Positions 51,096 to 64,000 of a stretch of DNA of 64,000 bases are shown here, in pieces; position 1 is the first letter of the stretch; each line of letters starts with the position of its first letter. A model generated the notes under the pieces. It was not told where the DNA came from. It saw nothing but the letters and a program-made list of their open reading frames with translations, and ran no database searches. The position numbers and the translations under genes are program-made. The stretch is from Eledone cirrhosa (lineage: Eukaryota). The stretch lies in assembly GCA_964016885.1 (NCBI GenBank), contig OZ024747.1, positions 73,222,001 to 73,286,000 on the forward strand, in the 5' to 3' direction.

Positions 51096-51138
51096 GTAGT
51101 CCTGATGATTTCTAACAAGAATGAAACGCGTAGATTAC
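51096..51138 (+). ncRNA. Type I hammerhead ribozyme (family D), copy 2
   Basis: Identical to copy 1, 310 bp downstream. Confidence 0.82.
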
Positions 51139-51332
51139 TTCCCTTGCTTTTATCGAGAATCTAATTGTAATACGTGACGTATTCTATTCTATAGCGATTA
51201 GGTCTTCAAAATGTTTATTATAAGCATACAGAATATTTTCGAATATTCTATGTCTATATTCACATATATATATATATATATATATACATGTATATATGTA
51301 TGTGTGTGTTAATGTATATATATATACATTAG

Positions 51333-51429
<97 letters not shown>

Positions 51430-51582
51430 TTATATCTTTACATATACATGTATGTATTTGTTAATGTATATATATATATATATAGTTACCTCTAGATCCT
51501 CTACTTCACTAATATACAACTCTGCATCATACCATGTATCGAGTACTACTCTGATTTGTAGTCTTTCCACTTCTCGTACAGC

Positions 51583-51643
<61 letters not shown>

Positions 51644-51957
51644 GCAGTGACAAAATCTTCACTGTAGATAAAATATAATTTACTAAATTAAAAAAGAAAG
51701 ATAATTTATTTCAGTAACATATTCAGATGTATTCTATTTAACACAACACCATATATCTTCTTCTGTATATTTATGTATGCTGGTGGTAGCTTTTATTAAA
51801 TCTTTATTAATATGGAAGGGCAAAGTGTGCAGTAACCATGGAACATTTTTCTGACAGCACTTTTCCAACGATTTATTGCATTTGTTATGTATTGTCTAAT
51901 CTGCTTTTGGGCCTATCATTATTAAAAATTATATGCCATTAATGCTCCATCTATCAG

Positions 51958-52053
<96 letters not shown>

Positions 52054-52312
52054 TTAAATATCTTTGTATCTATTAATCTATTTCGCACTCTTATCTTGTC
52101 ACACGCCCACACTCAAACGCAAAAGCACACGCACACATACACACACACACGCATACACACCCACATATCCACCCACCCACCCATACACACACACACACAC
52201 ACACACACATCTAGCCATGCTAGAGCATAAAGAATTGGACAAAGAATAAGAAAATGGAATTGTCAATATGAGATGTATAATTTTATCATATATATTTAAA
52301 GCATAAATTGTA

Positions 52313-52370
<58 letters not shown>

Positions 52371-52403
52371 ACTCTCTCTCTCTCTCTTTCTTTCTCTCTC
52401 TCG

Positions 52404-52447
<44 letters not shown>

Positions 52448-53041
52448 CTCCGATTAAGAGACCATTGTAGTACGCATTTGTAGAAGAACGCAATTTTAAT
52501 ATTTTAATAAACGCGTGGATGTATTTATTTACTTCAGTGTTTCCTTACAAAATAGCCAATATATTTCAATATTCTAAGTAGGGTATCTTCGGGTGAAACT
52601 GACTGGTACTATATATAGAAAGAGAGCTATATATATATCGTTATTAAGTGAAACAAGCTGAAGCAACTTTTAAGATAAGACAAAATTGTGTGTAGAATGA
52701 AATGTTGATTGAATGAAGCTAGAGGAAAGAGAAAAGTCGAATGAAAGGATTTGATGTGGGATTGAATAATATATTTACCTCTTTCAATTTAATAAGAAAG
52801 AATTAGGTATTTAATGTATGGAATATACCATTCTTATCTAGCTCATATCTGTAGAACGGATACGCACGCTGTTCTATTGATAGCCGGGCTTTCTGGGCGT
52901 ATATATATATATATATATATGTGTGTGCGTGTTAATATATATATATATACATTAACACACACATACATACATCCCTGGAATAACTTGAACCGTTAAGGTA
53001 TATTATCCTTGGTCATGTCAAATATTTATAAAACATTTTGT

Positions 53042-53100
53042 ATTTTATCTGATGATAGCGCACCAAAATTTTGGTACCCTTGAAATATATATAATTGAAT
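53042..53100 (+). ncRNA. Type I hammerhead motif (family A) within a ~270-bp pLTR-like unit (52975-53245)
   Basis: attttat-CTGATGA-tagcgcaccaaaattttggtaccctt-GAAA-tatataTA-attgaat. Flanks match the 18.1-18.7 kb copies. Confidence 0.65.
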
Positions 53101-53259
53101 AAATATGGTTTTATAAATATAGTTTTCTATTTATTTAATATCATTGAATATTTACTCCAGAAACTTGTCGAGTGCTCTGAATCAGTTATAAACATTTATA
53201 TTTATTTGTTGTATTTCCAACAAATTAAATCCAACAAATTAAATATCCCTTCTACTTAT

Positions 53260-53346
<87 letters not shown>

Positions 53347-53512
53347 CATATATATACATATATATATATACATATATATACATATATATATCAGGGGCCA
53401 AGGATCCGTGCATGCGTTATAGAATCTTGAGTTGATCAATTGCGTCTTTTGAAGGAAGCAGAATTTTGGCTGCTTACTAAAACGTATAGACACACACACA
53501 CACACAGACACA

Positions 53513-53565
<53 letters not shown>

Positions 53566-53725
53566 GATAACACTACAGCTTTGACCGGGAGGGTCATTTA
53601 GAATGAATTTTTAAGGCTGCCCAGCCCCACTTTCCGCCATGGCGTTTGGACTGCAAGCCCTGCTTTCGCCACTGATATATATATATATATTCACACACGC
53701 GCACCACCACCGCTCTCTCTTCGTC

Positions 53726-53779
<54 letters not shown>

Positions 53780-53787
53780 GTAGGATG

Positions 53788-53837
53788 GCTTCTACAGGAC
53801 TAGAACTGTTTCATTCTGGAGAAATCACCAGGAAGCT
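53788..53837 (-). ncRNA. Hammerhead motif with one core substitution (family E)
   Basis: Minus strand: gcttc-CTGGTGA-tttc tcca gaat-GAAA-cag ttctagtc ct-GTA-gaagc. Decayed relatives near 6395-6443, 27442-27485 and 61345-61378. Confidence 0.6.
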
Positions 53838-56800
53838 CTGTGTGTGTGTGTGTTTGTGTGCAAAAAAAAATAGAAATAACTAAGCAAACGACACATTACG
53901 ATGAAGAATACATTATTAATTTTACGCTTGATATATTAGGAAAAATATCTTAACGTTTCGGAGGCTAGTCCTTCATTATAAAATAGAATGAGAATTTAAA
54001 GAAGAAATATATAATACAATATCGCGTGACGTGACAGACTCTTTTTGAATAGTGATATATAAACATATATATATATATACACATACACACAAACATCATG
54101 CATACCCCCCCCCCACACACACATATACACACACATACACACATATATTCAACAACAGTATGCCACAAACCAAAATACACGCGCAATATTTCCTGATATT
54201 TGTATAGTTTCTACTTTTACTTTATTTTAAAAATATGTAACAAGTAATTAGATATGATATTTTATTTTCCTTTTCCCCGCCCCACGTATTCTCTCATACC
54301 ATATCATTTAATACATCCCGTCTTACAGTATTAATAACAGAAAACCAATTATGATCTTAGATATTAAAAATAGTAATCATGAAGAAGCGTCCATCAAACA
54401 GCCATAATGTTGGCAATTGTAGACTACGATACTGGAGTTGTGTTGATATAGTCGTGATAGAGTTGTGTTGTATAGAATAGGTCTATATAGAGTGAGAAAG
54501 AATGGGGCTTTATATTTTCTTAGAGAGACAACAATAGCAACGACAAAATGAATAAATAAACAGTAATATTATGAATATCTTATTAAGGAAAATGAAGAAT
54601 TTTATTGCAAAATAGAAAATCGAATGATTAGTTTTAAAGAAATATTGATATTGCTATTTCAATCATTATAAAATCATAATTTGTTTTTTTATTTACTTCA
54701 ATATTTATTGTTAATTTCAAAACTAATTTACTAACTAAAAAATATGTATGAAAAATCTGTCAATAAACCCAGAGGAATACGATTAGAGTCAATTGCGCAT
54801 AGAAGCTATGTTCATCAGTTTCACCATTCTTTCAATAACGATAATGGGTAGTAACTTCTTTCAGCTACTACTTTCCTCTCCAAGTCGAAGCCAAAAAAAA
54901 TCCGTGATCAGGCATGGCGACAGGAGATAGTGTCTCCCTTCAGTCCTTTCAGTGTCCAACACACAATCTCTTTCGCTATAATCTACATCCCCAGACAAAC
55001 GCAAATTGCCTGTCCTTCTCATTTTCATGATAGACACCATAGTCGTATCCACAAACCAACTACCATCCGACCCTGAACCAATGTGCGCAGAACGGTCTCA
55101 TCGTTCTGGGTGCATCTTCAACATCTCAGAATATTTATATCGAAATGGAAATGTCCTCATGTCATGATTTCTGGAAATCTTTGACGGTCCTCGGACCCTA
55201 AGTCCTTCGTATTAAGGCAGCCAGCTATCAAAGCTTTTATATAATGACCGGAGAACTCACCTGATAGAAGGCTATAAACATGGATTTGAACTTTGCTGGA
55301 CCATGGCCCAACACATCTGTGTACAAGACGAAGCTGTAGATCTGGAAAACGTGAGAAATATATTTGATAAAAGATGATATCTCAGCCTTAACAATCACGA
55401 GACAAGAGCAGGAGATACAAACAAAACGAAACAAAAACTATAAAGGTTTGCTCATGAATAATACAAACATGGAAGACAAAATTAGAGAAAATAGATAGAT
55501 AATAGACAAGCACATAGAATTTATTAATCAAACGAACTCGAAGATTAAGTGTTCTTCCACAGTACTTAGAACAATAGACATAGAATATGTGGGGAACGAA
55601 GACTTTAAACCAGAATAGGTGAGAATTATTGCTGCTGATATACAGCTGAAAGTGGTGAATGATGATGAAAAGGAAATGCGCAAATGAAAACCAGCAGTTA
55701 AAAATGATTCTTCTAAGATTATACAGAAAGAGAAAAGGTATTTGCTCTACATGTATTAATATCACTTTTCATAGGTATGGAAATTCTATTTTGAACCGAT
55801 ATAGAGATGGAATAGAGAGCAGAAGTATAATTAAATGCTTAGTGGCATCCATTCTGAGATTTTATATTTCCGTATCGATCGATGCAATGAGCTGAAATAA
55901 TATATTAGAGCAACTCTTCTAAAAATATTGTCTTTGTGCCAAAATGAAATAAATTATTATAGAAATTGTCGCGAACTTTGTCGTATGGAATAACAGCCAA
56001 AATTTCCACATGTATTGAAGGTTCTATATGATGATTATTGGACAAAATTCTGACATTATAGCAAATAATTGAATGACACACTAGCCGACAACTGTTGCAT
56101 TCTAAAGCCCATTTAAAGAAATTATTTGAAGAGTGTCCTCTTAAAAGAAGTTATCTTATCCATCACGTCCAGTAATGGGGGAAGAATAGTGGAATAATTA
56201 CATATTTGATGCTACCAATTCAGTAGTTTGGTGTACGTATAATCGATTAAAGTATGGTGATTTCTGACCAGCTAAAAAGGACAGTATATCTCAATAGGAA
56301 AATCCGTCTCGAACTAAGTTTAATATGCGATATTATTATCATTATAGATCCCACTGAAATGAAGTGAAAACCTTATAGAATCACTGAAATACACTCCAAT
56401 CAATAGATGAAGAGACGGACAGAAACAATATTCCGATTTGAAAAAAGGCCAGCTATTTCTAGCTAAACTTGAAACTAAATAAACAAGGCAAAACAACTAC
56501 AAACACAATCGGAAAAAATATAAATAAAGAAGAACCTAAAGTAAAATCCTTACGCATACAAAAAATAAAAAATAAAAAAAAAATGTGTAGCAACAAACTC
56601 CAGGCCATAATAATTATTTTAGCATTTTTATTTCTCTTTCGTTTATGTTATTTAATTCTTTTGTCTGTTTCACACACTTGAACACTGTGTAACAATATAT
56701 TCCAGCTATAACCTCCAGACACACAGTACAGTAGTGATCAACGGTGATTAGTTATTTTCACCACTTTACTTTTATTATTCTTTGCTACAGCATATTCAGT

Positions 56801-57396
56801 TCCCATTGAAAGTTTTAATATCCGCTCCAATTTTCAATATCCTGCTTCAGTTCTAATGTGTATTATTGTTTGCAAAACAACGTTCATTCAGGCATGCACG
56901 TAATGATGGTCTCGCTTCAACAATATTTATCTTACAACATCTGTTTAGGAACAGTTTCATTTGTTTTTACAACACTCTCTATTCTCTACCATAGAGATTG
57001 AAAGGAGGTGTATCTAGTACATCTTTTATCCATCACCGTCAACTTATTGATGTTGTAAATAAAAAAAAAATATATATATTAGCATGATTTAATATTATGT
57101 ATATAAGTAATAATACACACACAAACATACAAACACTCCCCCTCCCACACACATATATATATATATATATATTTAAAAAAAATATATGTATGTATATATG
57201 AGTGTGTGTGTGTGTAATAAAAATATAAATGCTCCACCATTATAAGCATAGATATTTTTATCTCTTAATATACATGTATTCATAGTTTCAAAAACTAAAA
57301 CGTATCTATGGTTCTATATGCCCCCCTCTCTCTCACTCTCTCTCTCTCTCTATATATATATATAATAAAGAACGCTTAACTCTATTTTGGTATTGA

Positions 57397-57471
<75 letters not shown>

Positions 57472-59749
57472 AATTCCTGGCCTTAAAGATAAAGGCTTTG
57501 TTATACAATTCACTTAGAGCGTAATGGGTCATAACTAAATACTGGAAACTATTTTGTCTCGTCCTCTGCCATTTCTGCCAATTCTGCCAACGAAACTATA
57601 TCAGAAAAACACATAAACATATACAGCGTGAGACTTTAATGTTACTAATATTTTAACGTACTTTATATATTAGTAGCTTCTCTCATACACTACTTATTAA
57701 GTAAATCAACCAATGAATATTCTATTTAGTTAATATATCATCTATAAACTGACACACAGTAGATTAACCAATGAAAAGGTTACTTAGAAGCTCGATGAAC
57801 CAATGATTGGGCTAATAACTAAAATGGTATCCAGTGTATTCAGCATAGTTCATTTTATAACATTTCTCTGTCACATATCGTACAATCTCTTTACGCATGC
57901 ACACCTATTTCTCCCTCCCTCCCTACCTACCTACCTACATACATACATACATGAATGCCTGCATGCATACACATATAGATACATCCTTAATACATAAATA
58001 GATACACACATATATATATATATACATACACACATACATACACATACATGCACATACATGCACATACATGCACATACATGCACATACATGCACACATATA
58101 TACATACACACATACATACTTAAATTCATACATACATATACGCTCAAACACTGTCGCACACACACGTTCACATTAATACTCATATATATGGCAAGGTGTG
58201 TCCGTACATGTACATATGTGTGTGCGTGTGTCTGTGAATTTATACTCATACTGGCTGCCAGGAAGAAAATAAAAATATGTCCATTCATTTTCTGAATAGG
58301 TTTATAATGAGAATTTATTGCAAGAGGAAGTTGTCTCAGTGAACATAGAGCACCGCAAAGGTAATCATTTAGAAATGACGATCTTAAGACTGTTGACCTG
58401 ATTCCTTCTGACAGGAATCTTAAGACACTTAAGTACATCAACACTTATATATTTAAATAAATCAAATGTATATCGGTGTTTTAGCTTTAAGTGACTTACC
58501 TAGCAACCACAGACACTCTTGAGAGATGACAACATTACATTTGAGGGCGTAATACCCTAACAATTAAAAAATGTTCTGTTATCGCAAAATATTTTTTGCT
58601 GCGTATTTCTAAATTGTGTTCAAACGAAGGTCATGTATAGTTGAGAAGGCCATGTATAGTTCATTGACGTGGACTGGTCGACCGAGACTTTTAACATTGC
58701 CTCTCATTTATGTACACACACACACACACACACACATACATCAACATGTAATCGTATAACCGATATGGAGTGTGTGATGAATAAATTAGTCTAAAGTGAG
58801 GCAATCGTTAATGTGGGAAACATACTTTTAGTCTGTGTTCAGAATGTCTATGAATCTTTGGAAATGTTTTACATATATATATATATAATTCTGTTTGTAA
58901 ATCTATATATATTTTCGTAAGTCTTAACGTTTCTCTACTCTTCTTTACTTACTAAATCGTTTTTTCAATAAAATATCTATTTTATTTTCCAATCAAAATT
59001 TGCTACACAATGTTAGCTTATATACATTTCTCTACCTTTTTAGTTATTTTTTCAGCAGTTTCTAAATATCCGTACTTCTTTCAAATTATATAGTATTCTA
59101 ACGTATTCTAACACGTCTTATCAAATAAACTTCATTGTCTGTGAATTAAATAGTCTTATTTTAAACCTTCTTTCTCTCAATGATTCCCAATAGTATTTAG
59201 AAAAGCTTTTTCAAATATATTTTTTACTTGTCTAATTCTTGCAAATCAATACATTTCATAACAGAAATTTCAAGTATATATAACATCTTTCAATATCTTA
59301 TTCCACATTCGCTATCATACTTTCCCATCTACTTCGTTCTAATCTCCTTTCTTTATCTATTTTTTCAAAAATACTGCATTACTAATCTGGTTCTTAGAGT
59401 GTTTCTCCATATGATATAATGATACGTATTTCACCCGGTGTCATCAATTTATGTTGGCGTTTCACTAAATTTCTAATCCCTCCCAATGTTCCCAATGAAA
59501 TGAATAACTATATAATAGACGTATATGTGTTCGTAAGCTATATCTTACATTTTCAGCTGACTCTAATTAAATTTGAAAACTCACGGAAGAATTGTACAAT
59601 TACCAAGATCTAATAACGGTGATAACTTCTAAGTCTGTTTCTACTCCGGAGACTCATTAGATCGGTGCCTATCCCGGTGCCTGTCACGTTAAAACTGCCC
59701 CCCCCCACCCACCCAGTGAAGATTCCAGTCCATCGCACGATTGGTGACT

Positions 59750-60730
59750 ACCTATCCTACACTGAAACTCAGACGGCGTTGACAACTTCCTCGCTGAACT
59801 GCTGAAACACATAGCAGAAGCCTTTCTATCCATACTGACGACCATCTACAATAAGATCTGGAAAAAACTGGAGTAAGTCACTTACTTATAGTACTCCCTC
59901 TCTAATATGTAGCCCCCCCCATCAATACCAGAACTACAGTACCAACCTCCACATTAGCCATGCAAGCAAAGTAATGCTCCGAGATACGATTCATTCTTAA
60001 TGAAGCAGAAACCACCAGAGCTGTGGAGCAAGAAGGCAAAGATAGAAGCAAATGTTGAGCCTCTGCTCTCTCTGTAAGAAATATCTTCATTACCAGAAAG
60101 AACGGTATCATCATCATAAACTTACTGAAATTATTCGTTAAAGTCTCGCATGATACTACAAATATAACATAGAGGAAAAGTTGAATCATACCATACAACA
60201 AATTTATACAAAGACAACCTGTGTAGTACTTGTCATGACACCATAGGGAAATGTTTCTATAATATGCCTCCTGTCTCCTATACTGTTCAATATCCTCAAA
60301 GAGAGGATCATGAGTGATGCCCTTCTAGATGAAGCAAGCACATTAATATTTGGAAAGAGGAACACCAGAAATCTAAATTTTATAGATTAGTTAGATGACC
60401 TGGTAGAAAAAGAGGATTAATCTTTCGACCTTCCTGAGCAATTTGATACAGCATCCACCATGTTTGGAATGGAAATTAGTGCCGAAAATACAAAACTCAT
60501 GAAAACGCCAATGGCATCATTTTCACAGCCACCTGTGTACGAGGAAAAAAAATGAGAAATAGTATATTTATATACCTGGAGGCCATCATTAATGATAAAG
60601 GATTAAAACAGAAATCTTTACAAGAACCACACAAGTTAATACTGCACTAACCAAGTTCAAAACATTATGGAAAAATTAGAATATCACCATAAAGAATAAG
60701 TACAGACTTCTACGTTTGCTGATGCTCTCC
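59750..60730 (+). pseudogene. Heavily decayed RTE-type LINE reverse transcriptase
   Basis: Broken frames give IYNKIWKK, LSPILFNI, a degenerate NLxFxD, FGMEISAENTKLM and YLEAII. Confidence 0.65.
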
Positions 60731-61205
60731 ATTAAAATAATCTTTAATTGATTTTCATAATTAATTGGACCATTCAATTTACAGGGATATGTAAAAAATC
60801 GTATTTAATGCCCTGTTTACATACCGACATATTAGATATATGTATATATTATTTATACACAATGGTGCAGACTTGGTTACATACTGGGTTTTCACAGATA
60901 CAACTTTATCATACACTTCGGCTGATACCACACTTCTTAATATAATACTAAGACCTAATAATGAGTATATATATACCCATCAAATACATATTTTATTGTT
61001 CCCGATTAGATGACATACACGTCTTCTGATGAGGAACCGATTAGATTAGATAATCTGTTAAAGATGTCATTTTTCTCAATTTACAAGGAAAATCCTATTT
61101 TCTGGCAAGTTTACATGCCTATATATTAAATATATGTATATATTTATAAAGGTAGGTGTACTCTCAGTTACACACTGTATTTATACCGATATAATTTTAT
61201 CAATT

Positions 61206-61243
<38 letters not shown>

Positions 61244-61427
61244 TAGATAGATAGATAGATAAGTTATTCCAGGTTGAATCGGAGGTAACGACAGTAAGTA
61301 AGGTACTCAATACATAGCAGAGTATAACAGTTTTAATATAGAAAAGCTTCTACAGGACTAGAGCTGTTTCATTCGTGAATATATATGTATATATATATGT
61401 ATATATGTATATATGTATATATATATG

Positions 61428-61483
61428 TTGTTATACTTTGGGAGGGTCAATTTGCTAAACATGACCCTCCCAAAGTATAACAA
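61428..61483. repeat. Short inverted repeat of a dispersed element also present at 46652-46825
   Basis: TTGTTATACTTTGGGAGGGTCA...TGACCCTCCCAAAGTATAACAA. Both loci end TTGCTAAACAAATTCAGAAACGAAA-(TA)n. Confidence 0.8.
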
Positions 61484-61557
61484 TATCGGTTTCAACACAC
61501 GTTTTCAGATAAAGAATCTTGCTAAACAAATTCAGAAACGAAATATATATATATGTA

Positions 61558-61634
<77 letters not shown>

Positions 61635-63095
61635 AAATGTGCAATAAAATATCTTTGAATGTGCGCATGTATGGTTGTGTTTATATATTATAACAACTAA
61701 TTTAAAATTTAGTTAAATGAGGTCAAGGAGAATGCTATTCTATTAAGGCCCTACTCCCAAAACATTCGTATCATTTACTAGCAATGGCAATGTAAATCCA
61801 AATTGCCTCTTTGTGAAACTGAGAAGTCACCAATTACCATATGTGTATCTAAATCATTTTATATGCCTAAACATACACATTCACGTATAAGCACGTACAC
61901 ATCTCTCACACATATTTACACACATACATATGTAGATAATGACCTGCATTGACACACACATATATGTACACTCCCTTTCATTCATATATATATACACCCA
62001 TACATACCATTTATAAACGCATACATTTAAACACACATATGCAGAATCACATATACATCTACTTCCTGTACGCTCAGAAAGAAAACAGAGTTGCTGACAA
62101 GGCAATGAAAGAGGACATATATATTTTCTCGAGCAGCTAGAAATAGCAGTTAAATCTTCGGAAAATCATTCCCTACTCTCTTGAAAGTAGATTATGCGCT
62201 TTGGTTCCAAAATACATGGAAAAAATATTATTCACGTCTTGAATACGTATGATGAAAGATCTGTTCCATCAGGTCTGAAGTAAATCCTTCTCCCTCAATG
62301 CTGGCAATGGTTGGGTGGCTTATCAGGGTCAGATAATACAGGTCGGAGAGAAATTATCTTCAACAAACATTCCGTATCCCAACACGCCAACTACCATACA
62401 GAGTGGAGGTTACAGGGTGCAAAAGTATGGTAGATCCAGCACTACTTCTATACAAAGTGTATTGAGTGCTTTTTATCATGACACCAATATGAAAGAGGTC
62501 ACCATATTCTCGTCCTAACGTAAGAGTTTTCTCTACACTATATTGCCTCCGTTCGATCACCATCCTCTTCACATAATGTAGCATGAAGGAAGACCAAGCT
62601 AAAGACAAGACAACACTCTCGCCTACCCCCGTTGACCATACAAAATGATGTCCCAAATGAGTCATTGCAAAAGAGTCAATCAGTGTCCTAAGCATGAAGG
62701 GAGGCAATTTGCTAAATTTGCTAAATTTGCTAAATTTGCTAAATTTATTAGTGAGAAATAACAGATTTATATAGATTATAAGGAACATAGAATCATAACC
62801 TGAAATTAAAATAGTTTATATGTATACTTATTGGTATAAAGTTTAGGAAAAGATAACCGTAAAAGGGAAATAAAATTATGCAGTTCATTAGTAGTAGAAT
62901 ATTAATTATAGGTAAACTAATTTAAAAAAAGTGTTATTATAATAATTTCTAAAGTGTATATTAATTAGGTTTATAATATTTAAAAGTTCTTCTCAGTTTA
63001 TGATTACATGATATAATTAATTCCTGTCGTTTATTTAATAGGATATCCTTAGATTTCATTATTTCAAAAAGTTCCTGGGAACATAATCTACATTC

Positions 63096-63246
<151 letters not shown>

Positions 63247-63377
63247 GATAAATCTACCAAGAGTTTACGGTAGTGTCCAATCCGTATGAAGAACTCAATG
63301 TAATCCGGATATCATGGAAAGAAGAGATGCATTCAAAAATCACTTTCGGTGAAAGATAAACGGAATACAGAGTCAAG

Positions 63378-63795
63378 ATAAAATATTAAAAAAATAATGA
63401 ATAAAACAATGAAACAGTTCCTTATATTAAACAAAAAAAGTTCATTATTTAACGATCGTTTCTAGGACATATATGTGTTAGAATTGGTATGCATATTCAA
63501 CAGATCTATGTACAAAATTATACAAAATTATACAAATTATCAAATATAATATACATACCAACACATACATATGCCGTCTTCAGAAATAATGAAGACGGCA
63601 TATGTATGTGTTGGTATGTATATTATATTTGATAATTTGTATAATTTTGTATAATTTTGTACATAGATCTGTTGAATATGCATACCAATTCTAACACATA
63701 TATGTCCTAGAAACGATCGTTAAATAATGAACATTTTTTGTTTAATATAAGGAACTGTTTCATTGTTTTATTCATTATTTTTTTAAATATTTTAT
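63378..63795. repeat. Long near-perfect palindrome: ~205-bp arms, 7-nt loop
   Basis: 63378-63582 is the reverse complement of 63590-63795. Confidence 0.95.
63441..63593 (-). ncRNA. Type I hammerhead with ~114-nt stem II (family C)
   Basis: Minus strand: ttcattattt-CTGAAGA-cggcatatgtatgtgtt...aacacatatatgtccta-GAAA-cgatc-GTT-aaataatgaa; 10-bp stem I. Confidence 0.75.
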
Positions 63796-64000
63796 ATATA
63801 TATATATATATATAACAAGAGTATCATGTTAACACATCAAAGCAACATGTGGATTACAAAACAATATATATATGTGTGTGTATGTGTATAAATACATATA
63901 TATATATATATATACATATATACATATATATACATACACACTCACTGACACACATACAATTATGCACACACACACACACACATAAATATACATATATACA

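Larger units (their letters stand above)
50732..51270 (+). repeat. 310-bp tandem unit (~1.7 copies), each copy carrying a hammerhead; retrozyme or pLTR-like
   Basis: 50732-50960 is repeated at 51042-51270. Confidence 0.92.

Noticed and set aside
54860-55760. Complex-sequence stretches that could be exons (also 41690-41990, 44250-44560 and 62290-62700)
   Set aside because: No sustained open frame, recognisable motif or convincing splice pattern; probably old transposon debris, but I cannot assign it.

Overview
AT-rich, microsatellite-saturated eukaryotic non-genic DNA. The repeat content suggests an octopus/cephalopod genome, which is inference only. No host protein-coding gene could be supported. 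The window holds two copies of a Tx1/L1-clade LINE: a near full-length one at 33361-39159 flanked on both sides by (TCTA)n, and a damaged 3' part at 1-2323. It also holds a dozen or more copies of a tRNA-derived SINE, two of which have their 45-bp 5' head amplified into tandem arrays, plus a 53-bp minisatellite, a MITE, RTE-type LINE fragments and a Penelope-like GIY-YIG fragment missed by the ORF track. The most striking unexplained layer is a dense set of type I hammerhead ribozyme (HHR) motifs from several unrelated sequence families, about ten near-complete and several decayed, mostly sitting next to (TA)n tracts. They occur as a 310-bp tandem (retrozyme-like) unit and inside four long inverted repeats. 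Two of those carry an HHR whose stem II is expanded to more than 100 nt. All ribozyme calls are by-eye folds and need covariance-model and cleavage-assay confirmation.
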